Source: a virus
Lineage: Duplodnaviria; Caudoviricetes
Reading direction: 5' to 3' (one strand)
Length of the DNA: 55,719 nt
Virus record (IMG/VR): IMGVR_UViG_3300033141_003115
Coordinates: 1-55,719 of that record
Below, piece by piece: positions 1 through 10,900 of the stretch. Positions within the stretch are counted from its first letter, which is position 1; each line of letters starts with the position of its first letter. The translations under genes and the position numbers were made by a program. The notes below the pieces were generated by a model. That model did not search any database, had not been told where the DNA came from, and worked only from the letters and a program-made list of their open reading frames with translations.

Positions 1-1644
1 ATCGCTTTCAGGAACATAATATATCAATTTATTAACACATTGAGACTCAATAGTAAAGGACATACCTCGTATCCACTCATAAAGAATATCAGTTTCATCA
101 CTGAACATATTATTGAACCATGAAACTGCATGCTCTATTGCAGATGCATTTGTTGGGCGTATTAACGGCTCTGCTTTTAACTTAATGAATTGTACAATGT
201 AATCTTGCGTTACACTACCAAATTTTACTATTATTCTATTTTGAGCTGTTTCAGGCATTACAATAGATTCAGTAGAATATGTTAATTGAATTTCCTTATA
301 TGTATCAGCAGTAACATCTACATTCATAAATGTTGTTGGAGTACTAACAGTTAAAGTACAATCATGCGATCCTTTAATAAGAATATAATGATCCAAAGTA
401 GGTGTATAAGTTTCATATAATATATAAGCTCGATTCATTTTTGCTTTCTTATAAATACGCGCATTAACAATGTCTTGAGAAATAGACGTATCTACAATGA
501 TTGCTGTATCTGTAACATCTGTTATCGTACGCTTATAATAATTCGTTCCATCTGTGATTATGATTGAATCTCCAATATCATAAAATACTGTATATGGTAC
601 AGATATGGTAGAATTTCCTGCACTTATATCTGCAATAGTATACTGAGTATATACGTCAAATGAAACATCATCAACAGGTATATCCACAGATGTATGAACT
701 CGTAAATAAGTTGTCCATAAATATGTTTGAACTGTATACATATCACCAACAGTAATACCTGGTGAATGTGTGCTACTAATCAGCCGTCTATAATCAACAT
801 TTCTAAGAATATATTCAGGATGTAAACTATAAACATGATGTATCTCTGAGCGAGTAAATACATTAACAAAGTTGAACTTATAACCAAATCCTAAAGTCAA
901 TAATGTGCTTCCTAAACTTGAATAATCAAAAATTGATTTGTTCAAAGTCCCAAATTGACTTTGAACAATATAACCAATATATTGTGTTGTATGAAATTGC
1001 GATAATGATGGTCGTGCACTGACCACATTACTACCAAATTGACTATCTGTAATGTACTCTGTTGAAAGGTTGTTGCTTATATAATTCTGCTTGAAAGAAT
1101 GCGTTATATAACTATCTGATGCATTAACTGCTCTTATGTGCTTATTAAGAACTTCTGTCCATATGCTATAATCTTTTGGTATTCCTCCACTAACATTCAA
1201 TCCTATAAAATCTGATACAGGTACACCTAAAATAAGACTTTGAATTACTGGTTTATACCATACTTTATGTATTATATGCACTGTATCAATCTGAGGTTGT
1301 CTTTTATTACCTACATAGTTTACATTACTATGTATAATACTATAATAAGATGCATCTGCAGATAATGAAACCGATTGTAATTTTGGAGATGGTACAGTAA
1401 AATCAGGTAAAGCAGTATCAAAAGATACTGTAAATGATTGTAATATTGGACTTTGTACTGCAGGCTGTTCTTCTAAGGTTGCTTGAAATGATAATGTAAA
1501 AGTTTGCAATATCGGACTTTGCATCTCAGGTAATTGACTCTCTAAAGTCGGTTGAAATGACATTGTAAACGACTTTAATTTAACAGAAACAGGAACTTTG
1601 TTGTTATTTACCTGTGCTCCGTAATAATAAACAACCTCAGCCAT
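1..1644 (-). CDS. Putative virion/tail-associated protein, truncated at the window edge (not in the ORF track)
   Basis: ATG at 1644 follows SD GGGGG. I translated the frame by hand (MAEVVYYYGAQ...YYVPESD) and it is open to position 1. It is S/T/I/Y-rich, has N-terminal SPxLQ repeats and lies at the distal end of the tail module. Confidence 0.8.
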   Translation of the reverse strand, partial: MAEVVYYYGAQVNNNKVPVSVKLKSFTMSFQPTLESQLPEMQSPILQTFTLSFQATLEEQPAVQSPILQSFTVSFDTALPDFTVPSPKLQSVSLSADASYYSIIHSNVNYVGNKRQPQIDTVHIIHKVWYKPVIQSLILGVPVSDFIGLNVSGGIPKDYSIWTEVLNKHIRAVNASDSYITHSFKQNYISNNLSTEYITDSQFGSNVVSARPSLSQFHTTQYIGYIVQSQFGTLNKSIFDYSSLGSTLLTLGFGYKFNFVNVFTRSEIHHVYSLHPEYILRNVDYRRLISSTHSPGITVGDMYTVQTYLWTTYLRVHTSVDIPVDDVSFDVYTQYTIADISAGNSTISVPYTVFYDIGDSIIITDGTNYYKRTITDVTDTAIIVDTSISQDIVNARIYKKAKMNRAYILYETYTPTLDHYILIKGSHDCTLTVSTPTTFMNVDVTADTYKEIQLTYSTESIVMPETAQNRIIVKFGSVTQDYIVQFIKLKAEPLIRPTNASAIEHAVSWFNNMFSDETDILYEWIRGMSFTIESQCVNKLIYYVPESD

Positions 1645-1656
1645 GAAAACCCCCTA

Positions 1657-3408
1657 CTAATCAGCTAACAAAGAAATTCGAAATTGAGCATATCTGTATG
1701 GAGGTAATTGTTCATTGGATTCAATTTTTTGCCATTCAGATGCAGTATCCCAGGTTGCTTCGGGGTCCCAGTAAGCATGCTCAACCCCATCTGAGTCGGT
1801 AATAGTTCCTGTTGCCGTTCCAGCTGGGGGATAAATAGAATAACGCCATTCAATTTCTTTTGGATCAATATTATCTGTATCTATACGTCCGTAAGTTTCG
1901 TCTGCTACCCAAGATATACTAAAATCAGGAGGCTGCATCCCTAAATCTATAATAGGTGAAAGCCAGTATCCAGCAGTGCCTGTAGTGAAATTACGCGGTA
2001 TATCATAGAAGCGCACTATTTTATCCGCTTTTTCAGCAGTATCATCCCCTGTTACTAAATTCATTATTTCTGGAATAAATCCTATTCCCATAATTCGATA
2101 TACTTTAACTCCATTATTTAGATATAATTTGAAATATTCACAACTAGTAGTCGAACAAGCATACGCGTCCCACTTATGCCCCGAATCATATTCAGATATA
2201 CCCGTTAATCCTTTTATATATCCATATACAGGTTGTATATACTGATCTTTTTCTACCCAAGAAGTAAATGAGCTTATAAATCGTTGTTCTAATAATGGTG
2301 CAAAAAGTTTTTTTGCTTCAAGTGTACCCCCAATAACCACTGGGGCTTTAACATATAAACCATAATACTCGTTTGATGTATTAGAATCCATATGAAAGTA
2401 AGATAATAGGTCCGTTATTTTATAATCACCAGTACAATCATAAGCTATATGACCTAACTGTATAAATGTACTTGATGTTGTCCATCCTGTAGTATCTAAT
2501 ATCTCTAAATCCGTAACCCATATTGGAAAAAAAGCCCTGCCATTATAATCTGCTTCATGATAATATTCTAAATAGCCAAATGCAGATGACCGAGGATTAT
2601 CTTCATAATTATAAAAACGAACATACTCCCCTTCTATACATAATTGTGGTGCACTATCAACTCCAGTCAAATAGGTATCAGTTGCTATTATATTACTAGT
2701 AGTCACAGTTATCGTATCAGGATCAAGCCCCGTAATATATCCTGGAATTTGAGGGTGTATAATTACAAAAGGTGGATATGATAAATCTTGTGCATATGAA
2801 CTGGGAGCATTAGTCATAATATATATTTTTATTGTAGAATTGTTAGGAAACAAAATAGGAACATCATCAATTGTTTTTAACTGAATAACATAAGCTGTAT
2901 ATTTTTTTGGATAATCAAAGGCTATACGCCAAAACTTCAAGATATTACCATATTGATCCGTAAAATATATATGTCGTCCAACAATACCATCTTGGTTAAC
3001 AGGTATTAATTTATATGACCCTTCTGGTACAGATGCGTAAAAATCATAATTTGTTCCATCAACAGAATATTGTATGTCATAACCATCAATACGAGGGGGG
3101 GCCACTACATATAATACATCAGCTACTTCATCTAAAATATAAGTGCTCTTAGCTGTACCATCCGCCAAAACTATAGTTATATAATCTCTATCAAATTGCA
3201 AAACTGATAAAGGCGTAAACTCCCACTTCAAAGCATCAAAATCTGGCCCTATAAATTCAATAAAGAAGGGCTTTCCACTCAAATCTTGACCTGTATTATT
3301 AGTTATCTCAATATATTTCAAAGTAATATATCCATTAACATCTTCTTCGGTATTAACAAATTTTCCTAACTGCCAGCTTCCGTTGGTAGGAAAAGATATT
3401 GATATCAT
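1657..3408 (-). CDS. Tail-tip/receptor-binding-type protein with a DUF2341-like segment
   Basis: 583 aa, SD GGAGGG. The segments IEITNNTGQDL and YFTDQYGNILKFW...PNNSTIKIYI resemble DUF2341. The C-terminal GYWLSPIIDLG...ISW...RYAQFRISL motif is typical of phage tail beta-sandwich domains. Confidence 0.55.
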   Translation of the reverse strand: MISISFPTNGSWQLGKFVNTEEDVNGYITLKYIEITNNTGQDLSGKPFFIEFIGPDFDALKWEFTPLSVLQFDRDYITIVLADGTAKSTYILDEVADVLYVVAPPRIDGYDIQYSVDGTNYDFYASVPEGSYKLIPVNQDGIVGRHIYFTDQYGNILKFWRIAFDYPKKYTAYVIQLKTIDDVPILFPNNSTIKIYIMTNAPSSYAQDLSYPPFVIIHPQIPGYITGLDPDTITVTTSNIIATDTYLTGVDSAPQLCIEGEYVRFYNYEDNPRSSAFGYLEYYHEADYNGRAFFPIWVTDLEILDTTGWTTSSTFIQLGHIAYDCTGDYKITDLLSYFHMDSNTSNEYYGLYVKAPVVIGGTLEAKKLFAPLLEQRFISSFTSWVEKDQYIQPVYGYIKGLTGISEYDSGHKWDAYACSTTSCEYFKLYLNNGVKVYRIMGIGFIPEIMNLVTGDDTAEKADKIVRFYDIPRNFTTGTAGYWLSPIIDLGMQPPDFSISWVADETYGRIDTDNIDPKEIEWRYSIYPPAGTATGTITDSDGVEHAYWDPEATWDTASEWQKIESNEQLPPYRYAQFRISLLAD

Positions 3409-3429
3409 TTACATCCCTCCAAAACCGAA

Positions 3430-3458
3430 GAGGTTGAGGGATTTAACCCCTCAACCTC
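3430..3458 (-). terminator. Stem-loop, probable weak intrinsic terminator
   Basis: 11-bp inverted repeat GAGGTTGAGGG/CCCTCAACCTC overlaps the stop codon of the 318-aa gene and is followed on the minus strand by TTCGGTTTT. Confidence 0.6.
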
Positions 3459-4413
3459 AAGGCGTAGTGGCTTTCTCTATAGCTTTCGTAACTACAGCCA
3501 AGTCACGATAATTCTGCACAGGAGTGTTTTGAGGAACAACCGCTTTTACATAGAAAGATGTCATATTACCATCTGACAAATTACCCAGATCAATATAAGA
3601 AACTGCAAGGATTGAAGCTCCATCCGCAGGAGCAGATGAAAATACTATATCATCACCAGATACTGTATAATCTGTGCCACTTGTCTGAAGTGTTCCATCA
3701 ACATATACAGCGAACAAAGCTGTACCAGAAAATGCTGTCAATGTAAATGTTGTGGTTGTACCATCCCCTGTAAACGCCTCTGCTACAGTTTGATACGCCG
3801 ATCCATCCGTAGATAGAGAATGCCATGTAAGATCAGCACCGTCTCCAAAGAAATAATCATACATAGCTACTTGAATGGAATCATAATTATAACCAGATGC
3901 TTCAACCCAAATCTGTTGTGTACGTGTACGATCATTTACATCTACAGAATTGGATAAGAATGTATAACTTTCAAAGATTCGTTCTCCTGCACTAAATGCT
4001 ACCCACTTCTCGCCAGATGGAGGAGCACTGGATAAGGTTACCGTAGAACCATCACAAGTCCATCCTGCAGTAGCTACTATCTTTGCCCCATTCGCAGGAG
4101 CAGATACAAATACTATATCATTACCTGATACAGAATAATCCGTACCCTCGCCTGTCTGAAGTGTTCCATCAACATAAACTGCTGTAAGTTCAGCTATATT
4201 AAAATCAGTAACAGTAAATGTTGTAGTTGTACCGTCTCCTGTCCATGCTTGACTTTTCTTTTGTCCATATGGATATGTAGCACTATAACGCCTTAACTCC
4301 TCAGGAAACTCAGTAACATTAAATGTTGTTGCTGCACCATCACCATCTAAAGAGCCTAATTCAATGCGCAAGGGACGGGTTTTTCCAGAATCTGCATAAA
4401 GATTCAAAGCCAT
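3457..4413 (-). CDS. Virion structural protein with repeated GDGTTTTF...SAPA beta-modules
   Basis: 318 aa, SD GGAGGTG. Contains two near-identical ~62-aa modules (TGDGTTTTFT...VYVDGTLQT.GTDY.VSG.DIVF.SAPA). Confidence 0.7.
   Translation of the reverse strand: MALNLYADSGKTRPLRIELGSLDGDGAATTFNVTEFPEELRRYSATYPYGQKKSQAWTGDGTTTTFTVTDFNIAELTAVYVDGTLQTGEGTDYSVSGNDIVFVSAPANGAKIVATAGWTCDGSTVTLSSAPPSGEKWVAFSAGERIFESYTFLSNSVDVNDRTRTQQIWVEASGYNYDSIQVAMYDYFFGDGADLTWHSLSTDGSAYQTVAEAFTGDGTTTTFTLTAFSGTALFAVYVDGTLQTSGTDYTVSGDDIVFSSAPADGASILAVSYIDLGNLSDGNMTSFYVKAVVPQNTPVQNYRDLAVVTKAIEKATTP
3600..4254 (-). repeat. Intragenic duplication (~3600-3783 and ~4066-4254)
   Basis: Shared DNA blocks such as gtctgaagtgttccatcaacata and cgcaggagcagat occur in both copies. 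Confidence 0.85.
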
Positions 4414-4438
4414 TTAATTCACCTCCATAATAAACTCA

Positions 4439-4618
4439 TTAATCTTCATCTGAATCAGATGATTTCTCTAAAGAACTGATTTTATCCTTTAATTGTTGCC
4501 TTTCTGCCATCATCTCATTTAATACTCCTACAACATCTTGAAGAAATCCTCGCAATAAGTACGAAATACCTTCTTCCAAGCCCACCAATGCCTTATTCAA
4601 ACGACGCTCAAAATCCAT
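4439..4618 (-). CDS. Small coiled-coil protein, 59 aa (not in the ORF track)
   Basis: SD GGGGGTG, ATG at 4618, MDFERRLNKALVGLEEG...SSDSDED, TAA at 4439-4441. It fills the gap between two tail genes. Confidence 0.75.
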   Translation of the reverse strand: MDFERRLNKALVGLEEGISYLLRGFLQDVVGVLNEMMAERQQLKDKISSLEKSSDSDED

Positions 4619-4677
4619 CTTATCACCCCCTTGTAACTACTGGTTATCTTCTTTTTGATACGTCTGTCAAATGTCTA

Positions 4678-7600
4678 TTAAAACGCAGATACAGTTTCAC
4701 CTGTTACCTTTCTCCATGTGCCATATGCATCCTTATAGTATAAATAAGATTTGTATACAAACATAGTGCCCTCAGGATATCCTAATATAGGATTACTTAA
4801 AAGTACACTAATAGGTGCTCTCTTAAACTCAAAAATACCGTTATAATCTTCTACAACATCAAATTCTAACGATGCGCTGGCTTCCATTGCATCATGATAA
4901 ATTTCCCAAACATCTGCTATATGTAAACCTGATACTACAAATCTTCGTTCTCCTCTCAGAGGACCCCCAGTACTTCTTTCTTGATGAATATGCAAAGTCC
5001 AACTTGTACGTGAAATATGATCATCATCAAAAGACCGAGAAACATCCCCTACAATATAACCGCCTTCTTGTAAATTGCTTTTAAGACTCTGGTCACTATA
5101 AAAAGGTATCTGTTCTGTTATCACTCTATTTTCTAAAGCCCAATATACATGTCTTATAACAGCATTATCGTTATACAACGTATCATAACGCCAATGAGCT
5201 AAAGATGCTGTTTCTGAACTTAAATTCATACTATCAGGATCTTCGTGTTTATAAATTATACCATGACATTTACAAATACCCCCACTTGAGGATGATTGAA
5301 AATAATGCATAAAATCACTTAATTCTATTACAGAATCATCAAAACGAATTACATTACTATCAACACCTACAACCAAATTCCCAAACACATGAAGATTCAC
5401 CCCATCCCAACTAAGATAACTATTTTCACCATCACCAATAACCACAGAACCTTCCTTGAATTGAAAATCATTAGCATATATAGTACCATTTATGGCATCT
5501 AATGTTATACCCCCTGCTGATATTGTATTATCACTTATTAACCATCCACCTATTGTTCCACTTTTTGCTGTAATATTACCTGATACTTCTAAATTTGTAC
5601 CATCGAACTGTAAATATTGCGTACCTGTACCTACTCTAAACTTGCCTTGAGATACATTATCATCCCATACAAAATAGTTAGATGCATCAATATATAAACC
5701 GTGCTGTCCTGACGCTACATTATACCCAAACTTAACAGTGCGAGATGCTCCTTCAACAGTGATTTGTTTTGTATCAGCGTCTAAAGTCATCGCTCCACTT
5801 ACTAATTTTCCATCAGAAATATCCCAATCACCTATATAACCTGTATCAGCCTCTATATGACCTCGTACCCAAACATCTCTAAATTCAGCAGTACCGTCTT
5901 CAGCTAAACGCCAGCCATGCGTACCATACATGTAATCAGCAGATTCTATATAACCCACTGAACTTATAATTATACCCGTACCATCTGGATTCACTTTTTG
6001 TATTGCCGTGTCTGTAATATCCCAGCCACCTAATTCAGCAACTGTTGCTTCTATTTCTGCATCTATTGTTAAATTTCCTTCTGTATCCCAGGAAATTTTT
6101 CCTTGAGCTAAAAACCCCGAACCATCTGAATTAATCTGAACAGTAGGTGTGCCTGTACTTATGTCATAAAACTCAACATCTTGATGTGTGTATTTTACAA
6201 ATAAATCTCCTGACGCACCATCTTTGATAAATAATCCAAGATCAGCACCTTCAGTTCCAATACGAAGAATCTCCTGTCCTGATCCATTTTTCAATATAAT
6301 ATCTGCATCATTTTGTACAATCCAATCACCACTAATCTGTTGAATAACTTCTTCATCTGGGGGAGCTTCTATGTATAAAGCATTTGGAGCTCCTACCCAA
6401 ATACCAAATTCTGATGCATCATGTCCTCCAACACCACCTAAATATCCCACAGCAAGTTTTATTGTACCAGCACTTTGAATTTCTAACCTATTATCCACAG
6501 ACTTTAAAAACAATCCATTATTTGGTGATTTAAGTTCAGAAGACGTTATCGTCCAACCAGCAATAGAACCTCCATCTGCAGTTATATTACCCTTCACAGT
6601 AACATCTGAACCATCAAATAAAATGTAATTTGATGTCGATCCAGCTCGAAACATACCCGTGCTTGATGTCTTTGCATAATAGAAATAATTATGTTCATCA
6701 ATTTTCAAGCCTGCAGCATCTGATACTACGTCTTGCCCCAATAAAACCTGCCCATTATTAATTTTAATTTGCTTATTAGCCGCATCTAACACAATATCAG
6801 TACCACTACGTAACGATGTAGAAGTAATTTCCCATCCACCAACAGTACCTGTGGTTGCATCTACTTCCCCTCGAACTTTAATATCATTAAACTCAGCAGT
6901 ACCATCACCCGCAATCTTCCAGCCAGATGTATCTTGCTCATAATCTGCACTTCGAATTTCCCCTACAGAATCAATTATTATATTACCACTACTAAGCTGA
7001 GATAAACTTATATCCCAGCCGCCTATTTGACCACTGCTCGCTTCTATATGTCCTCGTGCCACAATATCATTAAATTCAGCAGAACCATCACCTGCAATCT
7101 TCCATCCCTGTACACTTTCAAGATAATCAAGAGTTTTAATCTCACCTAAAGCACTTAATTCAATATTTCCTGAATATAAACGCAATGGCTCAATAACCCA
7201 ACCAGCAATTAACGCACCATCAGCACGATACGAACTCAAAACATCTCCATCTGCATTGTAAAAATACAATCCTCCACCTACAAGCTGTGCTAATAACTTA
7301 GGTTCAGGCGTGTCTGTAGTAATAGTCTTATCCCATATACCATATATTTCTAATCCTGTAGATGTGAGTCTTACACTTCCATCACTGTTAGTAACAGTAA
7401 GCCCATCATCCAGTGTGAGCTCTCCTGTTATCGTACCTGCATCAACGCTATTAATAGGTAACCATTCAGGATATTGCCTCAAAGCAAGCATGCTCCAAGC
7501 ACCAAATCCACGTAAAACCTGTAATGACGAGCTTTCTTTATCTAACCCAAACATATATCCTTCTGGATTGGGAGGTACATATATGTATGCTAATATTATA

Positions 7601-7926
7601 CCTTTAATATTATTAGCATTTTCTATTGGAATAAGAGATACCGTATCTTTACCTATGAGAACAAATTCTTGCTTTATGTCCATCTTATCTATGTATACTG
7701 CACTATTAACCCATTCTATACCACCAAATCTACCCGCCTGTACTGATACAGTATACGCTGTCTCAGTTTCCTCTATCGTGATCTCTGGTAATTGAGCATC
7801 AGTCGTCATAATTGTAGTACTTCCTATGGGAGTTGCTGCAACATTTATAAGTATGTTCTCAAATCGTTGTCGCAAAACTTCATTTTGAATCAATTGTCGA
7901 AATAAATTTACTAAGCGTTCAGACAC
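4678..7926 (-). CDS. Tail fibre/central spike-like protein with GxIGGWxI repeats
   Basis: 1082 aa, Gly/Ser/Ile/Asp-rich. Repeated GWKIAGDGxAEF and GxIGGWxI motifs resemble siphophage tail-tip beta-helical regions. Confidence 0.7.
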   Translation of the reverse strand: MSERLVNLFRQLIQNEVLRQRFENILINVAATPIGSTTIMTTDAQLPEITIEETETAYTVSVQAGRFGGIEWVNSAVYIDKMDIKQEFVLIGKDTVSLIPIENANNIKGIILAYIYVPPNPEGYMFGLDKESSSLQVLRGFGAWSMLALRQYPEWLPINSVDAGTITGELTLDDGLTVTNSDGSVRLTSTGLEIYGIWDKTITTDTPEPKLLAQLVGGGLYFYNADGDVLSSYRADGALIAGWVIEPLRLYSGNIELSALGEIKTLDYLESVQGWKIAGDGSAEFNDIVARGHIEASSGQIGGWDISLSQLSSGNIIIDSVGEIRSADYEQDTSGWKIAGDGTAEFNDIKVRGEVDATTGTVGGWEITSTSLRSGTDIVLDAANKQIKINNGQVLLGQDVVSDAAGLKIDEHNYFYYAKTSSTGMFRAGSTSNYILFDGSDVTVKGNITADGGSIAGWTITSSELKSPNNGLFLKSVDNRLEIQSAGTIKLAVGYLGGVGGHDASEFGIWVGAPNALYIEAPPDEEVIQQISGDWIVQNDADIILKNGSGQEILRIGTEGADLGLFIKDGASGDLFVKYTHQDVEFYDISTGTPTVQINSDGSGFLAQGKISWDTEGNLTIDAEIEATVAELGGWDITDTAIQKVNPDGTGIIISSVGYIESADYMYGTHGWRLAEDGTAEFRDVWVRGHIEADTGYIGDWDISDGKLVSGAMTLDADTKQITVEGASRTVKFGYNVASGQHGLYIDASNYFVWDDNVSQGKFRVGTGTQYLQFDGTNLEVSGNITAKSGTIGGWLISDNTISAGGITLDAINGTIYANDFQFKEGSVVIGDGENSYLSWDGVNLHVFGNLVVGVDSNVIRFDDSVIELSDFMHYFQSSSSGGICKCHGIIYKHEDPDSMNLSSETASLAHWRYDTLYNDNAVIRHVYWALENRVITEQIPFYSDQSLKSNLQEGGYIVGDVSRSFDDDHISRTSWTLHIHQERSTGGPLRGERRFVVSGLHIADVWEIYHDAMEASASLEFDVVEDYNGIFEFKRAPISVLLSNPILGYPEGTMFVYKSYLYYKDAYGTWRKVTGETVSAF

Positions 7927-7937
7927 GCTTTATCACC

Positions 7938-10900
7938 TCAGTTAAAATTAAATCCTGTAACACCCGCAACATGTTCTCTACTATCAGAAATAATTGCATC
8001 TTTAACCCAAAAATATGTTGGATACGTATTCGTATCTTCTGAAGGTTCAGAACCGTGCGTTACTGCTGATCGTTGCATTAAACAATAACCATTGTCAAGA
8101 TAAAAATGTGCGTCATAATATTGAAATGGAGAAGCTACAAAAGTTAATGTAAAAACATTGGGTTCTGTACTGCTTAATTCAGCAAAGCTATTATAATCCA
8201 AATCTTCCAATGTTACCTCAATACTTTTATAATCTTGTGTTGGACTTAAATCCAACCGTACAAGTTCTAATCTATTGTATTTCCAGTTTAGAGCTCTATA
8301 TGTCCACCATAAAGAACCTTCATACTTATACTTGAGTACTAACATAGACAATCTGTAAGGTATATCAGTTATATACTTTAATTTATAATCAAATACATTC
8401 CTACCCAAAGTTTCACTATCTATTACCTTCCATTGATCCATATCAATAATACAGTTATCTTTTATATAATTATAAACATAGCTTCCTTCAGCAGTTAAAG
8501 TACTGTGTGAAGAATCACTTAAAATCTGAAATCTATTATCATTTCCAAAAAACGATACATTTTCAAATACACTTAGCTTAAACTGATCCCCATCCCAATA
8601 CAGAGTTAAACCTTTTGAAGGTGGAGGTACATCTATAAGAATATAATCACCAATAGGAACCCAACGATATTGTTTTATATTTGAATCCCAAGCCTGGATA
8701 AAGGCTACTAATAAAAACTTCCGAGAAATCAATAAAGCATCATTACCACTCTTCTCACACAATAAATTAAATGCAACTGTTTGCTGATCATTAAAAACTC
8801 CTTGACATGAGAACCAAGTGTTAGCTTTGAACGATACAGGAGATTCTACATCCAAATTCACTCCAGCCCATTCTGAAAATGGTAATTCTGTCAAATTTAC
8901 AGGTGCTTTATCAAGATTCTTCTTCCAGAAATCTAATTTGAATACAACTTCTTGTAACAATGCATATCGATACGAATCATTGGGCAATGAACGCATATCA
9001 TATATTAACTGTCCATCACTGATCTCAAAGTTCAATAAAGGTATAGCTACAAAAGCTAAAATAGGTCTTTTCAATCTATCAGAAATACTTGAATAAGTTA
9101 AAGCATAATTTAATGATATAGTATAATTGAAAACACCTTCAGAATATAAAGTGTTTTTTGACACCTGTAAATATTTTATCGGTGTATGAGTTCCTGTCCC
9201 ATCTGCACTACATAATGCAGAAAATTCGCTTTCTATATCTGCTGCATTACTAAATCCTGTCCATGTATCCTCATCAGGATCATAAAGATCATCAACATCT
9301 TTCTCTATGACTTTATACCCTGGTGTATCTATCTGTTGAAATCCTTTTGTTGCTATAGGAAACCAAGTAATATTTCCATCATAACCATATACAGTTAGTG
9401 TATAAGTTTTTGACTGTCTCCATGCCACTCTGACTTTACGCCCTACTGGCACTCTAACAATGTTTGTTGTCAATAATGATTTTATATCAGTTGAAAGTAA
9501 TGGAGAATTCCAAGTAAACGTAAACTTACTTAAATCATCTATCTGAATTTCTCGTCCACCAAACAACTCTTCTAATGGAATATATACCTTTTTCACGATG
9601 TTAATTAACGATAAACGCGAAGTACCTTTTCCTAACCAGTCTATATTCTTGGATACACTATCAACTTCTAATAATGGAGTAGAACCAGTTCCCATAGTTA
9701 TATTATCATCGGATAATTTTACATTTAATCTATTATACGGATTTAATCTAAAAGCATATAATGTATCAATATTAAGACTACCTACATTAAAAGCATATTG
9801 ATTCAATATATTAGAGGCAACAGCTTCAGCTTGCGAATCAGATAATATAAGTGGATGCTGAAATACCATGTGCCTGCGCCCGAAATGTCTTATAGATGTA
9901 TTATTTTGAACATATGCTGAATACATCTTACCTGCACCATATTCTTGACCTAATACAGTCACTGCATTTCGTAAATTAGCATCATTATAATTATATCCAA
10001 AAGATGACATTAAAGATTCAGATAATGTTCCTTCATGTACAATATTATTAGAATCAAAGAATACCTGCAAAATGCCTGTAGCTGGATCAATTCGCCAATT
10101 AACTCCTAAAGTCTGCATTAAATTTTCAAGCATATTCGAAATGGTATCATATGGATTTGTCTTAAAATAATATCCATCAGATAAAGTTTCATCTGGATTA
10201 GGATATTCAGGTGAATAAGGTAAACGCAAGGAATTCAATTCACCATATAATCGTAATACAACTGCTTCATAACTATCCCAATATACCTTATATTCAACAT
10301 ATCCTGTCTTGTTTATAACACTTACAGATTCCCAATCTGGGGGTAACATTCCCGCATAATGCATCAATGCTAAAAGTAAATTTGGTAATGTCCAACCATC
10401 CCATACAGAGGGATATACCCCATTAGATTGTAACAGACTTAACAGTTCTGCATCTTTTCCTGTTTTGAATAACTTTTCGTACATTGTCTGTTCAGGATAA
10501 GATATATTCATATTTGTCTGAAATAAATATGATGTATCAACAAAATTCAAATCCATATATTTCTCAGTAGTAGTTCTGGTAACTGTAGAATCTGTTAAAT
10601 ACATGAAGTAAGTCTCTTTATCTGATAACGAATTTATTGTCTGTCGTATAGATGCTTCAGATGCAGACCAATCAACAGCATTTCGTGGAACTATATCTAA
10701 ACGATATAAATATGATCCCTTGAACAAAGACGGCGTAATGAAATATTTGTCCCCATCCACAAATGTTTGTGGTCTTAATACCTGTAACTCTTGTGTGGCA
10801 TGTGTTCCAGTACCATATTTTGATGCATTACTCTCATATGGCATACGAAGCATAATCGATGTTGCTGCATCTCTGCTGGCTGTTATAGATACTTCCACAA

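Noticed and set aside
3600-7260. Diversity-generating retroelement template/variable repeats in tail genes
   Set aside because: The repeats are intragenic and coding, differences are not confined to adenines, and no reverse transcriptase is present in the window.
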